Of a stretch of 64,000 nt of DNA, positions 39,518 through 49,963 are shown piece by piece; the stretch's first letter is position 1; the number at the start of each line of letters is the position of its first letter. A program made the translations under genes and the position numbers. The notes beneath the pieces are model-generated. The model was given only the letters and a program-made list of their open reading frames with translations. It ran no database searches and was not told the origin of the DNA. The stretch is from contig JASEGB010000001.1 of NCBI GenBank assembly GCA_030018275.1, positions 4,380 through 68,379 on the forward strand. Reading direction: 5' to 3'. This DNA is from Actinomycetota bacterium (GTDB lineage: Bacteria > Actinomycetota > Aquicultoria > Subteraquimicrobiales > Subteraquimicrobiaceae).

Positions 39518-40180
39518 TTAGGTACTTTCCTTCCCTTTGACCTCCTCATACCACCTCGCCCAATGATACTTCGCTTCCTCCTCGCTCACCGTGCCATCGC
39601 CGAACATATATCTCCAAGCACCTCGATAAGGTTGAAAGATACCAAGTCCCAAGTAGATGTGTCCAAGGAGGACTACACCGAGGATGATCGTCCCCAACTC
39701 ATGGAGAGGAAAGCACCACTGCACCAGTCCTTTGGGGAAATTGGCGGGGAAAGCCATTGCAATCCCGGTCAAAATGAGGAGGATGGAACTACCGATGATG
39801 ACCCAGTCAGCGAACTTTTGCCCCGATTTTAATCTGCCCTGTGGAGGCATCTTCGTCTTTGCACGGAATAGATAAATGGGAAATCTCAGCAACCAGGCGG
39901 TGTCATTTTCTTCCCAGGTGAATATGTCCTTGAGGAAATGCACAAATCCCCGCCAGTTGAATATGATCATAAGAATGGGGATGCCAATGAAGAAAACACC
40001 ACAAACCCTATGGGCGAACCTGGATCCATTGAGTCCCCCAAAGACCGCAGCTAAACCATTTAATCGAGGCAAATAAAGCGCGAGCCCCGTATAGAAAAGC
40101 AGTAAACAAGAGATGGTGTGTGTCCAGTGAAGAAATCTAGCAGCTGCGCTTTGCCTTATGACTCTTCTCCTACGTCTCAC
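39518..40180 (-). CDS. Formate dehydrogenase gamma subunit (cytochrome b556)
   Basis: 4-TM di-heme cytochrome b with conserved His in TM helices (FdnI/FdoI family). Confidence 0.75.
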   Translation of the reverse strand: MRRRRRVIRQSAAARFLHWTHTISCLLLFYTGLALYLPRLNGLAAVFGGLNGSRFAHRVCGVFFIGIPILMIIFNWRGFVHFLKDIFTWEENDTAWLLRFPIYLFRAKTKMPPQGRLKSGQKFADWVIIGSSILLILTGIAMAFPANFPKGLVQWCFPLHELGTIILGVVLLGHIYLGLGIFQPYRGAWRYMFGDGTVSEEEAKYHWARWYEEVKGKEST

Positions 40181-40970
40181 TACTCCTCACCCCCCTCCTC
40201 ACTTCCTCTTCGGGTTTATATCCTATGTTGAGCAGAAAACTGAGCGCGAATGCGGCGACAGCGGCTCCACCTAAGATCGGACCCAGTGGTTTGAGGATGT
40301 CCTGCCATAAGACCGCAGAGATTGGAACCTTGGGCTCCTCCGGGAGATCATAAGTTTTCGCTTTTTCAGCCAGGACATACATCACGCCCAATCCACCCAA
40401 TTCAGTTTCGCCATAAAGACGTGCATCGAGATTGCCATCTGCTTTGAGAGCACTCACTCTCTCCAAGCCCAGGGAGACCATTTCCTCTCTCTCACCGAAT
40501 TGAATGGCTCCAGGAGGACAGGTCTGGGCACAAGCAGGGGTAAGGCCATTTGACACCCGGTCATAGCACATCCTACACTTCTTAACGGTATTTGTATCCG
40601 TGTCATATTGGGGAATCTCAAATGGGCAGTTCTGTACACAATACTTGCAACCAGTGCACTTATCCTGATCGATGACCACCGCTCCGAGCTCGGTCTCGTG
40701 TGCCGCCCCCGTAGGACATACTTTAACGCAGGTAGCGTCAGTACAGTGCATGCATTGCATCTTTCTAAATAGCCATTTTACTTCCCCGTTCTCGCTGATC
40801 TCCTTGAATTTGAGCTTTGTCCAAGTTTTGGGTGAAAGTTCGGGTGGATTTTCATAGGTTCCTTGACAAGTGGTCTTCTCCGCGGGAAGCTGATTCCACT
40901 GCTTGCAAGCTACCTGGCAAGCGCGACAGGCAGTGCACTTTGTGACGTCTATGAGCATCGCCTTTGCCAT
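40170..40970 (-). CDS. Formate dehydrogenase beta subunit (4x[4Fe-4S] ferredoxin with C-terminal TM anchor)
   Basis: Four CxxCxxCxxxCP clusters and a C-terminal TM helix (FdnH/FdoH family). Confidence 0.8.
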   Translation of the reverse strand: MAKAMLIDVTKCTACRACQVACKQWNQLPAEKTTCQGTYENPPELSPKTWTKLKFKEISENGEVKWLFRKMQCMHCTDATCVKVCPTGAAHETELGAVVIDQDKCTGCKYCVQNCPFEIPQYDTDTNTVKKCRMCYDRVSNGLTPACAQTCPPGAIQFGEREEMVSLGLERVSALKADGNLDARLYGETELGGLGVMYVLAEKAKTYDLPEEPKVPISAVLWQDILKPLGPILGGAAVAAFALSFLLNIGYKPEEEVRRGVRSSET

Positions 40971-40971
40971 C

Positions 40972-43900
40972 TTACTTCACCTTCCTTATATCGCAGAGAA
41001 ATGCCTTGGATTCCTGGATCATGGTGTTGGCATCACCGATGTGTGGAGTGAGCTGGTTGGCAGCGTAGTTCAGTTTTTTGGGGCCCCCGGTGGTATAACC
41101 AACGTATCCATAGCACCAAGGCAGACCAACTTGATGAATCTTCTTACCATCGACAGTGAGTGGTTTGAATCTCGGAGTGACGATGGCTACGGCTTCGACT
41201 TCGCCTCGTGCCGTAACCACTTTCACCCAGTCACCGTTTTCAATTCCCTTCTCCTCGGCGAGTTCTTCACTCATCTCCACGAACATCTCAGGCATGAGTT
41301 CCGCCAACCAAGGTTGGTTACGGGTCATGATACCCGTCTGCCAGTGTTCTGTTATCCTGTAGGTAGTAGCGACGAGTGGATATTCACCCGAAGTTCCAAC
41401 CTTGTCCTCCGGATTAACCTTGTGCCAGAGGAAAATCGCCGGATTAATCTGCTCAGCTGACATGAGGTTTTTAACGGGACTCTCGAGAGGCTCATAGTGT
41501 TCTGGGAAGGGCCCCTCTTTGCAAGGAGCGAAGAGCTTGAAGACGCCCTCGTTTAGCATGATGGCGGGCAGATTCCCACCAACTGCGGTCGGCGCCTTCG
41601 CCGCAGGGAAGTCCGGGACATCGTTACCCGTCCACATTCCGGGTAGACCCGTTTTTGGATCGACTTTGTTGGGATCCCACCATATCTCCGGGATATTCGG
41701 ATTCCAGGGCTTGCCCTCGAGGTCGCAGGAAGCGCGGTTGTAAACAATGCGCCTATTGAGCGGCCAGGCAAATGCCCACTCAAGGTTATTGCCGATACCC
41801 TCGGTCTCCGGAGTGCGTCTCTGCATGAGGTTCGTTCCATCCTCGGCAAATGACCCGGAGAAGAGCCAGTTTCCGCAGGCGGTCGTACCGTCAGCCGCGA
41901 GAACGGTGAAGTTCTTCACCAACTTGCTCCTGTCCGGCCAGACGTAGCCATTGCAGGCCCTGGCGACCTCCTCCGCGCTGGGCGGATCGCCGTAATCCCA
42001 GTTGAGATTGGTTATGGCCTCGGCATTGGGGCCACCCTCAGTCTCATAGAGCCTCTTGAGCTCCTTGAAGATGAGATCGATGATCTCCAGATCGCTCTTG
42101 CAATCGCCCAGAGGCTCGGCGCCCTTCCAGCGCCACTGTATCCAGCGCCCAGAGTTGGTAATGGAACCGTCCTTCTCCACGGAATCGGCGGCTGGGAGTC
42201 TGAAGACCTCGGTTTGAATATCGGTGGGATCAACACCCGGTCTCTTCCAGAAAGCATTGGTCTCGGTCTCCCACAGGTTAAGGTCGACCAACCATTCCAG
42301 CTTATCCAAGGCTTTACATTCGATGTTCGAGTTCGGTCCCCCGACCGCTGGATTCTGACCGAGGATGATGAAACCCTTGATCACGCCATCGTACATCGCC
42401 TCGAACAGGGCTATGTGGGAGTAGCCGCCTCCCTTGTGACCCTTTCCGATCTTGGGCAACCAATCGAAGCGGAAGTCATTCTCCGGCTGGGCCGCATCTC
42501 CCCACCACTCCTTGAGCAAACTCACGATGTACTTCTCGCCATTTCTCCACCAGGAAGTGGAGCCGGGAAGAACGTTTTTAGTCGCTCTGTCGACCGTGAA
42601 CTTATCCGCGTAACCCCTGAAGGTATCCCCAACCTTCGCAACCGGTAGATACCCAGGCAGAATATGGAAGAGCAGAGCATGATCGGTTGAACCCTGAACA
42701 TTTGGCTCTCCTCGCAGAGCATTCACTCCGCCACCGGGTCTCCCGATATTCCCAAGAAGCAATTGGAGCATGGCAAAGGCACGGATGTTTTCCGTTCCCA
42801 CAGTGTGCTGAGTCCAACCCATGGCATATAGGATGGTTCCAGTTTTCTCGGGATCACCCGTCTTCGAAAATTCCTTGCATACATCGAGGAATTTCTCCTT
42901 GGGACAGCCGGTGATCTTCTCCACCATCTCCGGTGTGTACCGGGAGGCGTGTTCTTTAAGGAGCTGGAAGACACAATTGGAATCGGTGAGGGTCATATCC
43001 CTTAAGGGCTCGGTGACGGTTACCCTCTTCCCTTCTTTGACTTCCGTCACCTCTTTTGTTTGATAGCCCCAAGTCGCCTCGTCGTACTTCCTCTTGGTCT
43101 CATCGTAGCCCGAGAATAGCCCATCTTTGAAGTCGAATTCAGGTTTTATCAAAAGTGAAGCATTTGTGTACTCCTTGACGTATTCTTCGTGATAGAGCTC
43201 ATTCTCGATGACATAGTTGACCATCCCCATGATGAAGGCAATATCCGTGCCGGCCCGAATTGGGGCATAAATATGAGCTTTGGAGGCTGATCGAGTAAAT
43301 CGGGGGTCAACCACGATGAGCTTGGCTCCTCTTTCCTCCATGGCCTTGGTGACCCACTTGAAAGCCATGGGGTGGCATTCTGCGGCATTTCCGCCCATAA
43401 TCATGATGCAATCACTGTTCTTAATGTCTATCCAGTGATTGGTCATTGCACCTCTTCCGTACGTTGGACCCAACGCTGCCACGGTGGCGGAGTGTCATAT
43501 GCGGGCTTGGTGCTCGATGTAAACGAGACCGAGTGTCCTCATTAATTTGATCCACAGGTAACACTCCTCATTGTTTACAGCCGCTCCGCCCAGCGCAGCG
43601 ATGGATTCGCAACGATTCACCGTGACTCCATCCTCTGTAGAAATGAAGTACTTATCCCGGGTGTCTTTGATTCTCCTGGCAATCTGAGAGATTGCCCAGT
43701 CCCAAGTCTTATCCTCCCATTCAGAAGAACCCGGAGCGCGATATAGAACTTTTTTATTTCTCAAACCCGCCGTGTCCGCAGCAACCTGGAACATGGATGC
43801 ACCTTTAGGACAAAGACTTCCAAGATTGGTGGGATGATCGGGATCGCCTTCGATATTGATGGGGTGCCCATGTTCGGAACTTACAATGGCCCCACAGCCA

Positions 43901-44064
43901 CAAGAACAATAAGGACAAATAGTGGGCGCTTCTTTCGCACCCTTAATTCGCAGTTCCTCTACTTCCTCGGCGATCGCCGATATATCGAAGCCAAAGCGAA
44001 GCAGCGTGGTAGAAGCAAGAGATGCACCGGTAAGTTTGAAAAAACCCCTCCGTGAAAATTTCAC
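40972..44064 (-). CDS. fdnG: Formate dehydrogenase alpha subunit, selenocysteine-containing, Tat-exported (two track ORFs joined by an in-frame UGA at 43495-43497)
   Basis: Tat signal MKFSRRGFFK. N-terminal [4Fe-4S] Cys motif. In-frame TGA inside ...EHQARI-U-HSATVAALGPTYGRGAMTNHW, the FdnG/FdoG Sec-His active-site context. Molybdopterin oxidoreductase domains follow. Confidence 0.85.
43440..43494 (-). promoter_or_regulatory. Expected SECIS element (mRNA hairpin 3' of the UGA)
   Basis: Position inferred from bacterial Sec decoding. The structure could not be verified by eye. Confidence 0.3.
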
Positions 44065-44353
44065 CTTTTACACTCACTCCTTTCACCAAAGATTTCTCCC
44101 AAATGAATTAAACATATCACCTCCAACTCCTAAAAAAATTTTAGAGGTCTTTAAGGTTACCTTAATAGACCTCCTGAAATTTAGGAACGGAAACATATAA
44201 AACAAAGATTTTCAATTTTCCGATACCCTCTCTTGGAGCGAAAATTATCACCATTCATAACTCAATTTTTATTTCTTCAATTACCAGCTATTCCCTTATA
44301 TACAACAAAAAATGAAAATTCCTTCTTTTTTCCCATAATTTTTGAAAAATCTT

Positions 44354-45481
44354 TTATACTCCCAATTCAGTCTTCACTTTGATCAGTCGGATTATATCAC
44401 TCCTTGTGACAAGTCCCACCAAGCTGCCATTCTCATCCACCACTAAAAGATGGCCTATTTCCTCCCTGGCCATCTGCATTAAGGCATTGACGGCTTCCTC
44501 CCGATAACTTATTATGCAACTCTCCTTTGGAGGGACCACTATTTCCCTCGCGGTTACCCTTGACCAATCCCCTTGAGGGATTTCTTTAATATCGTGTAAG
44601 GTGATTACCCCCAAAAGCTGATCATTCTCCACCACGGGAAACCGACCATATCGGTATTTCAAGAAGTACTCATTGACCAACTTATCAAGGGTTATTGAAG
44701 GATCAATGATTTGGACATCCTTGCTCATGATCTCGGCGACCTTAATCCCTGATAACGATCTTTGGAGAATAAGCTGTCGATAACTTGTCTGAGCGGCGTG
44801 GTTAAGGAACCATCCGATCAAAACCAGCCAGAGAGCACTGATATCGCCCAGAACGAAAACCATCATGAACCCAAAGAAAATGAGGGAGAAGGCTATTCCC
44901 TGCCCGGCCTGAGAGGCAATCTTCATGGACCGTTGCATATCTTTCATCCAATACCAGAGTCCGGCTCTTAAAACTCTTCCTCCATCCAAGGGAAATCCGG
45001 GCAAAAGATTGAATACCGCCAGGGCTAAATTGATCTGCCAGAGCAATAAAAAGGAGGCGCCAACCATCTCCAAACCCAAACCCCTAGCCCCCACCCAAAT
45101 CAAACCGAAGGAAAAGGATAAGAAAAAGCTGGAGAGCGGACCGGCGATGGCCATTTTGAACTCAACCTCTGGATTTTCCGGCTCTTTGGACATCTGGGCA
45201 ACTCCGCCGAAGATAAACAGGGTAATTTTCTTTATGGGAATACCGCTTTTTTTAGCTATGTAGGAATGGGATAGTTCGTGAAATAAAACCGAAGCAAAGA
45301 GCAAAAGGGTGGTGATCGTTGCATTAATTATGCTTACAACCAGTGGAAGATTGAATGGTTTTAATTGGAAACGAAGGGTTAAGTCGATGATGAGTAGGGC
45401 AAAAATAAAAAACCACGTAAAGTTCAACTCTATGGGAATACCGAATATCCTTCCAAGACGGACCGATCCAAAGGGAATCAA
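44354..45481 (-). CDS. Site-2 protease family zinc metalloprotease with tandem CBS domains
   Basis: HELSH zinc motif in TM3. Polytopic. Two C-terminal CBS domains. Confidence 0.75.
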   Translation of the reverse strand: MIPFGSVRLGRIFGIPIELNFTWFFIFALLIIDLTLRFQLKPFNLPLVVSIINATITTLLLFASVLFHELSHSYIAKKSGIPIKKITLFIFGGVAQMSKEPENPEVEFKMAIAGPLSSFFLSFSFGLIWVGARGLGLEMVGASFLLLWQINLALAVFNLLPGFPLDGGRVLRAGLWYWMKDMQRSMKIASQAGQGIAFSLIFFGFMMVFVLGDISALWLVLIGWFLNHAAQTSYRQLILQRSLSGIKVAEIMSKDVQIIDPSITLDKLVNEYFLKYRYGRFPVVENDQLLGVITLHDIKEIPQGDWSRVTAREIVVPPKESCIISYREEAVNALMQMAREEIGHLLVVDENGSLVGLVTRSDIIRLIKVKTELGV

Positions 45482-45530
45482 CGTTCTTTCTCCTTATCGC
45501 CCAGACCAACTCCCCTAACTCCAGAATAAA

Positions 45531-46094
45531 TCAAGTACAAACCCAATACAACCAATCAAATTTCTCCTGCATTTTCTGCAATATCTTCTCCGCCCCTCGC
45601 TTTGGTGTCTCTCTATCGGACTCGATGATCATCTCTGGGGCAAGGGGCTCTTCATAGGGAACTTGAGCTCCCGGCACTGTGGTGGCCTCTTCACTTTTGG
45701 CAGCCCGGTAAATCCCCTTAGGATCTCTTCTCATGCACTCCTCAAGGGGACACTTCACGTAAACCTCCATGAAATTTTGGATCTCCTTCCTTGCCTTATC
45801 TCTAAACTTCCGCTTATTCGCCGTGGCATCAAAGATCACATTCATCCCATGGTCCACAAGCATCTTACCCAAACAAACCAAAGCATTATAGAAAAATTCC
45901 CTCTCTTTCTCAGTGTAAGTGGAAAGGGGGAGGAGCTTAGTTCTCAGATCATCAGACTCCAAAATCTCCACATCTATATTCCGTTCCTTGAGCAACTTTT
46001 TGACCGTTTGAGCGAGGCTGGACTTGCCCGAAGCTGGAAGACCCGTTATCCAAAGGGCAAAACCCCTCTTATCCTCCATGATATCTCCCCACAT
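45531..46094 (-). CDS. cysC: Adenylyl-sulfate (APS) kinase
   Basis: P-loop GLPASGKSS and APS kinase fold motifs. Confidence 0.85.
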   Translation of the reverse strand: MWGDIMEDKRGFALWITGLPASGKSSLAQTVKKLLKERNIDVEILESDDLRTKLLPLSTYTEKEREFFYNALVCLGKMLVDHGMNVIFDATANKRKFRDKARKEIQNFMEVYVKCPLEECMRRDPKGIYRAAKSEEATTVPGAQVPYEEPLAPEMIIESDRETPKRGAEKILQKMQEKFDWLYWVCT

Positions 46095-46095
46095 T

Positions 46096-46116
46096 GTTCA
46101 CGGTTCACCGTTCACG
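46096..46116. repeat. Tandem heptads GTTCACG GTTCACC GTTCACG upstream of cysC
   Basis: Direct reading. Confidence 0.8.
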
Positions 46117-46219
46117 GAATATTCATACGTTAGACATAATTCGTCTCAAGGAAGAAGGCTCTTACTTCGCCAAAAAAAGGTTCTCTTGGGTTTAAATTCT
46201 AATTTCAAAATCCTAAGCA

Positions 46220-46239
46220 CCTGCCTGCCGGCAGGCAGG
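46220..46239. repeat. Perfect 20-nt palindrome CCTGCCTGCCGGCAGGCAGG
   Basis: Self-complementary. A near-identical copy lies at 59382-59401 (CCTGCCTGCCGGTAGGCAGG) and a degenerate copy at 59886-59903. Confidence 0.7.
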
Positions 46240-46254
46240 CTAAACAATATCAAA

Positions 46255-46375
46255 TTACCAAAATTAAAATGACCAAAACAAAAACCAAATCTAGAAGAAT
46301 ATTAGTTTTGAATTTCGAAAATTTGGATTTTGAATTTGTTTAAGGATTTAGATTTTCGAATTTAGGATTTTTAAA
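46255..46375. repeat. AT-rich degenerate heptad tract (ttttgaa/tttcgaa/atttgga ...)
   Basis: About 17 consecutive 7-nt units of pattern NTTNGAA / NNCAAAA. Confidence 0.6.
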
Positions 46376-46425
46376 GTCTTACTTCTTGGAATTATGCCTA
46401 GGGCACGGAATATTCTTTAATACGG

Positions 46426-47502
46426 TCAACGGTGAACGGTAGACGATGAACTTTTAACATCTGGTGGCTCAAAGTAAGAATTGACGTTATGGATATCAAA
46501 TTTTTCAAAATCGAGAACATTGATGATGAAATTGAAGAGCTTCTTTCGAACATCATCCGTAAGATTTGGATACCAAATGGGACTAGCTATGACTAAAGCA
46601 CGCCAGGCATAAAAGGGCTGGCAAACCAGGAGAATTTCTTCGTCACCCGTCTTTTCAAGGTAGTTGTGCACGAATTTTAGGAAAAGTATTCGAAAAGCTC
46701 CTTTGAGCTCGCCATATTTCTGAAGGGAATAAAAGATATAATTGATGCTCATGGCGGTGAAATCATCCGCTGGTTCTCCCCATTCGCCACGGCTCCTATC
46801 CAAAACCCAGAAATCCAATCCGCTTTGGAATAAGACATTCCAAGGATGGAAATCGCCGTGAACCCGAGAGAGACGATATCCCTTATCCTTAATCCTCCAT
46901 CTCCAATCGATGCATTTTACCTCCACCTTCTGGAAAAAGTCCTCGGCGATGAAATGCCAATCCCCGGGGTAGCTATCGATGAGTCCCATGATGCATTCCC
47001 CATGTCCCACCAAATCTCTGATCCTTCGGGTATAAAGCTGGGGATCATCCTTCTTCAGAGCGTGAATTTCCACGAGATAATCGCTCAACGCCTGGGCGCG
47101 CATGACGTCTTCCTCGCCGATCATCTCCCGCTCTTTGATGCGTTCCAGATCGTGGAAATATTCTTTTCCCTCTACGTACTCATCGAGCAGGAAGAATTCC
47201 ACTGCCTCACCCAACGAGATGAGAGAGCTCGTTCTGGTAAAAGCTCCCACATCCAAAGAGGAGATATGCTTGGGAAGTTTATTATAGGTTGAATGGGCCA
47301 GGAGGAGAGAGCAAGCCCTGTCGGAGAAATGATCGTGTCCAAATCCCTCCGCCTTCATGGTTTCAAGAACCGCTCTTTTTCTTCGGCCATCCATCTCAAA
47401 TTCGATTAAAATCGGACTCCCATAACCGAATCCCTTCAATTCGTCCTTCTCTTTGAGATCTGTTAAGCCCCCAAATGGAAAGGATGTTAATCTCCTTTCC
47501 AT
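46426..47502 (-). CDS. Aminoglycoside phosphotransferase-fold (APH/CotS-like) kinase, function unknown
   Basis: Catalytic loop VHGDFHPWNVLF and DxxxxE... Kinase-like fold. Confidence 0.5.
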   Translation of the reverse strand: MERRLTSFPFGGLTDLKEKDELKGFGYGSPILIEFEMDGRRKRAVLETMKAEGFGHDHFSDRACSLLLAHSTYNKLPKHISSLDVGAFTRTSSLISLGEAVEFFLLDEYVEGKEYFHDLERIKEREMIGEEDVMRAQALSDYLVEIHALKKDDPQLYTRRIRDLVGHGECIMGLIDSYPGDWHFIAEDFFQKVEVKCIDWRWRIKDKGYRLSRVHGDFHPWNVLFQSGLDFWVLDRSRGEWGEPADDFTAMSINYIFYSLQKYGELKGAFRILFLKFVHNYLEKTGDEEILLVCQPFYAWRALVIASPIWYPNLTDDVRKKLFNFIINVLDFEKFDIHNVNSYFEPPDVKSSSSTVHR

Positions 47503-47642
47503 AAAGACAGCGGAGGTAGTCTTGAAGATTTGCCACCTTTAACATCGAACGCCTCCTTAAATCCTAAGCCATGGGTCAGGGGACATGAGTTATGGACGTC
47601 TCTACCTTTTACCCATGACCCTTGACCTGTGACCTGCAATGC

Positions 47643-48449
47643 CTATTCAAATCTAGCTCCCCTCAAAGCCGTGCTGCAGATGCATTTCCTCTCCTTGGGT
47701 AACTTTGGAATCATGGCAAAGAGCAGCTTTCGAACCCTCTCATTATTCTCCTGAAAAACCCTGAATACCTCTTCCGCCGTGACCGGTTCAACCTCAGGCA
47801 TCCCCTCCAACCCCACATCATAATCGGTGATGAGCACAATGGCCACATAGCATAGCTCTAATTCCCTGGCCAGATGGACCTCTGGGTATTGAGTCATATT
47901 GATGGCTTCCCACCCCTGTGAGGAAAACCACTTGCTCTCCGAACGAGTGCTGAACCGAGGTCCTTGGATGATCACCACCGTGCCCCGTTCATGAACACTT
48001 ATCCCAAGCTCTTTAGCGGTCTCATAGGCGATCTTCCTCAACACCGGACAGTAGGGGTCGGCTGCACTCACATGGGTGGATATGGGACCATTATAGAAGG
48101 TGTCCCTTCTACCCCTCGTTCTATCCACATATTGATCACAAATGACAAAATCCCCCCTCTTTACGTGGGGCTGCAAGCTTCCCGAAGCACATGGGGCGAT
48201 GATTTGGGTCACACCCAATTGCTTCATGGCATAAATATTCGCCCGATAGTTTATCATGTGAGGAGGATATTGGTGGTGTCTTCCATGGCGAGGAAGGAAG
48301 GCGACTTTCCTTCCTCCGATCTCCCCGATAGCAATCCTATCACTGGGGAGCCCGTAAGGAGTCTCAATGGCGTATTCCCTTACACCCTCTAAGAATGAAT
48401 AAAATCCTGAACCCCCGAATACCCCTATTTCTGCCTTGGGTTGAACCAT
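47643..48449 (-). CDS. mtnP: S-methyl-5'-thioadenosine phosphorylase
   Basis: PNP/MTAP family (IGVFGGSGFY...ETPYG...GRHHQYPPHMINYRANIYA). Confidence 0.85.
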   Translation of the reverse strand: MVQPKAEIGVFGGSGFYSFLEGVREYAIETPYGLPSDRIAIGEIGGRKVAFLPRHGRHHQYPPHMINYRANIYAMKQLGVTQIIAPCASGSLQPHVKRGDFVICDQYVDRTRGRRDTFYNGPISTHVSAADPYCPVLRKIAYETAKELGISVHERGTVVIIQGPRFSTRSESKWFSSQGWEAINMTQYPEVHLARELELCYVAIVLITDYDVGLEGMPEVEPVTAEEVFRVFQENNERVRKLLFAMIPKLPKERKCICSTALRGARFE

Positions 48450-48468
48450 AAATAATCATCCTCCTTTA

Positions 48469-48558
48469 GTTCACCGTTCACAGTTCACAGTTCACCGAAA
48501 ATATTTTTTTAAAAATTGCGAACGTATACGGTGAACGAACAACGGTGAACGGTGCTAC
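48469..48558. repeat. Heptads (a/c)GTTCAC x4 and GTGAACG-type x4 in the inverted arm, flanking an AT spacer upstream of the MTAP gene
   Basis: agttcac cgttcac agttcac agttcac ... gtgaacg aacaacg gtgaacg gtgctac. The two arms are inverted with respect to each other. Confidence 0.75.
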
Positions 48559-48560
48559 CA

Positions 48561-48671
48561 TTACTTGCTTTCGACTTTCTGAAATTTCGTGCCGCCACAG
48601 TGCTTGCACTTCCTGGGTTTGCAACGTCCCTCTTTAATGGCACCACATCCCAAACATTTCCAAATGGCCAT
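48561..48671 (-). CDS. Zinc-ribbon small protein (36 aa), below track threshold
   Basis: Frame reads MAIWKCLGCGAIKEGRCKPRKCKHCGGTKFQKVESK (CxxC...CxxC). Confidence 0.35.
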   Translation of the reverse strand: MAIWKCLGCGAIKEGRCKPRKCKHCGGTKFQKVESK

Positions 48672-48739
48672 TCCCCTCACCCCTATAATTCGTTGGTTAG
48701 GCTAAGAAATAGCCTTTAACCATTGCCGACGGATCAGGC

Positions 48740-48850
48740 GCTGGCAGCTTCCTGTCCAAATTCAAAATTTAAAATGCAAAGTGCAAAATGACAATCCAAA
48801 ATTTAAAATGGTTTAAAAAACTAATTTTGCATTTTGATATGTCATTTTTA
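48740..48850. repeat. AT-rich heptad tract (NNCAAAA units and inverted TTTTGNN units)
   Basis: ttcaaaa tttaaaa tgcaaag tgcaaaa tgacaat ccaaaat ... ttttgat ttttaca ttttaca. Confidence 0.6.
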
Positions 48851-48860
48851 TTTTTGATTT

Positions 48861-49916
48861 TTACATTTTACATTCGTTTTGATACGCTTTGTTAACGGAG
48901 CTCGACAGACTTTTCAAAGGATATTCAACCTCGATAATCTTTTCTTCCTCCCCATCCCTACGATACCCCACTTTTACTCGAGGTAAATTTCTGGCCTTAC
49001 TGTACCTTGCGGCCAAAATAGCTGCTTTCTTAATGGTCTGTTCCCCAACGTCTTTGCCCCTGACCAGAGTCCGCGGACCGGGGTATCCCCTAACTTGAAA
49101 AATCCAATCCTCAGGTTGGGTAAGCTCCAAAAAGAGTTCATTCTCCCTTTGATTTCTGGCCACAACTATTTTTATCCCTTCCAGGGAGCGGAAGTGCCTC
49201 CCCAATTTGAGCAAATCCAACTCCTTTATGGTGGGATTCTTCTTCTCCGCCAGCAAATCTCTTAGCCGTTGAGAAAAAATGGGATCGGTAAGTAGACATC
49301 CTCCCGCAGAAGTGGGAAAATCTTTAAAACCATATCTTTCCGCCAACTCCAGCTGGGGTTTGCGTGATCGTCCCTGGATGGATAGGAGACTTTCTCTATC
49401 CACCAACCCCTTCTCCTCGGGTACCGTTAAAGGAAGCAACTTAGCCGAGAGAGGTCGCAAAAGGTACCCCCGGTAACCCGATTCCTTCTCCACAATCCTT
49501 AAAGCCGTTCTATTCTGCGATTTTGGGCGTTCTCCAAGGACTTCTCCGCTTACGATGAAGGATGCTCCAATTTGTTCCATAAATTCCCCGGCTTTCTTGA
49601 CCATGAAGGCGTGACAATCGATGCATGGATTCATATATTTTCCATATCCGTACTTAGGTCTTTTAACTATTTCCAAATGTTCATGGGTGATATCGAAAAT
49701 ATGAAGGGGTATCGAGAGCTGTTTGGCGGCTTCCTTGGCTCTTTTGGCGGAAAAGAAAGGTGTAACAAAACTCACCCCGACAACTTGGATACCCTGCTCC
49801 TGGATTACCTTCACCGCAAGCATGCTGTCCAATCCACCCGAAAGCAGAGCCACAGCTTTTATCTCTGTTGGTTGTTGGTTGTTGGTTGTTGGTGTAAAGG
49901 ACCCATTCTTTGCCAT
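48861..49916 (-). CDS. PP-loop ATP pyrophosphatase family protein (MnmA/ThiI-like putative tRNA thiolase)
   Basis: SGGLDS PP-loop; NPCIDCH Cys pair. The N-terminal extension in the track is (ggttgtt)n-repeat derived. Confidence 0.5.
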   Translation of the reverse strand: MAKNGSFTPTTNNQQPTEIKAVALLSGGLDSMLAVKVIQEQGIQVVGVSFVTPFFSAKRAKEAAKQLSIPLHIFDITHEHLEIVKRPKYGYGKYMNPCIDCHAFMVKKAGEFMEQIGASFIVSGEVLGERPKSQNRTALRIVEKESGYRGYLLRPLSAKLLPLTVPEEKGLVDRESLLSIQGRSRKPQLELAERYGFKDFPTSAGGCLLTDPIFSQRLRDLLAEKKNPTIKELDLLKLGRHFRSLEGIKIVVARNQRENELFLELTQPEDWIFQVRGYPGPRTLVRGKDVGEQTIKKAAILAARYSKARNLPRVKVGYRRDGEEEKIIEVEYPLKSLSSSVNKAYQNECKM

Positions 49917-49960
49917 GCAAACACCCTGAATAGTTCATGGTGGACGGTAGACGGTGAACG
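49863..49960. repeat. Heptads (GGTTGTT)x4 plus GGTGGAC GGTAGAC GGTGAAC
   Basis: Direct reading. Overlaps the annotated 5' end of the PP-loop ORF. Confidence 0.8.
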
Positions 49961-49963
49961 TCA

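Noticed and set aside
41156-43388. Multiple ORFs on both strands within the FDH alpha gene (e.g. 42214..42648, 40903..41460)
   Set aside because: They are internal or antisense to a clearly conserved 1030-aa molybdopterin oxidoreductase. The arginine/proline-rich composition is typical of out-of-frame translation.
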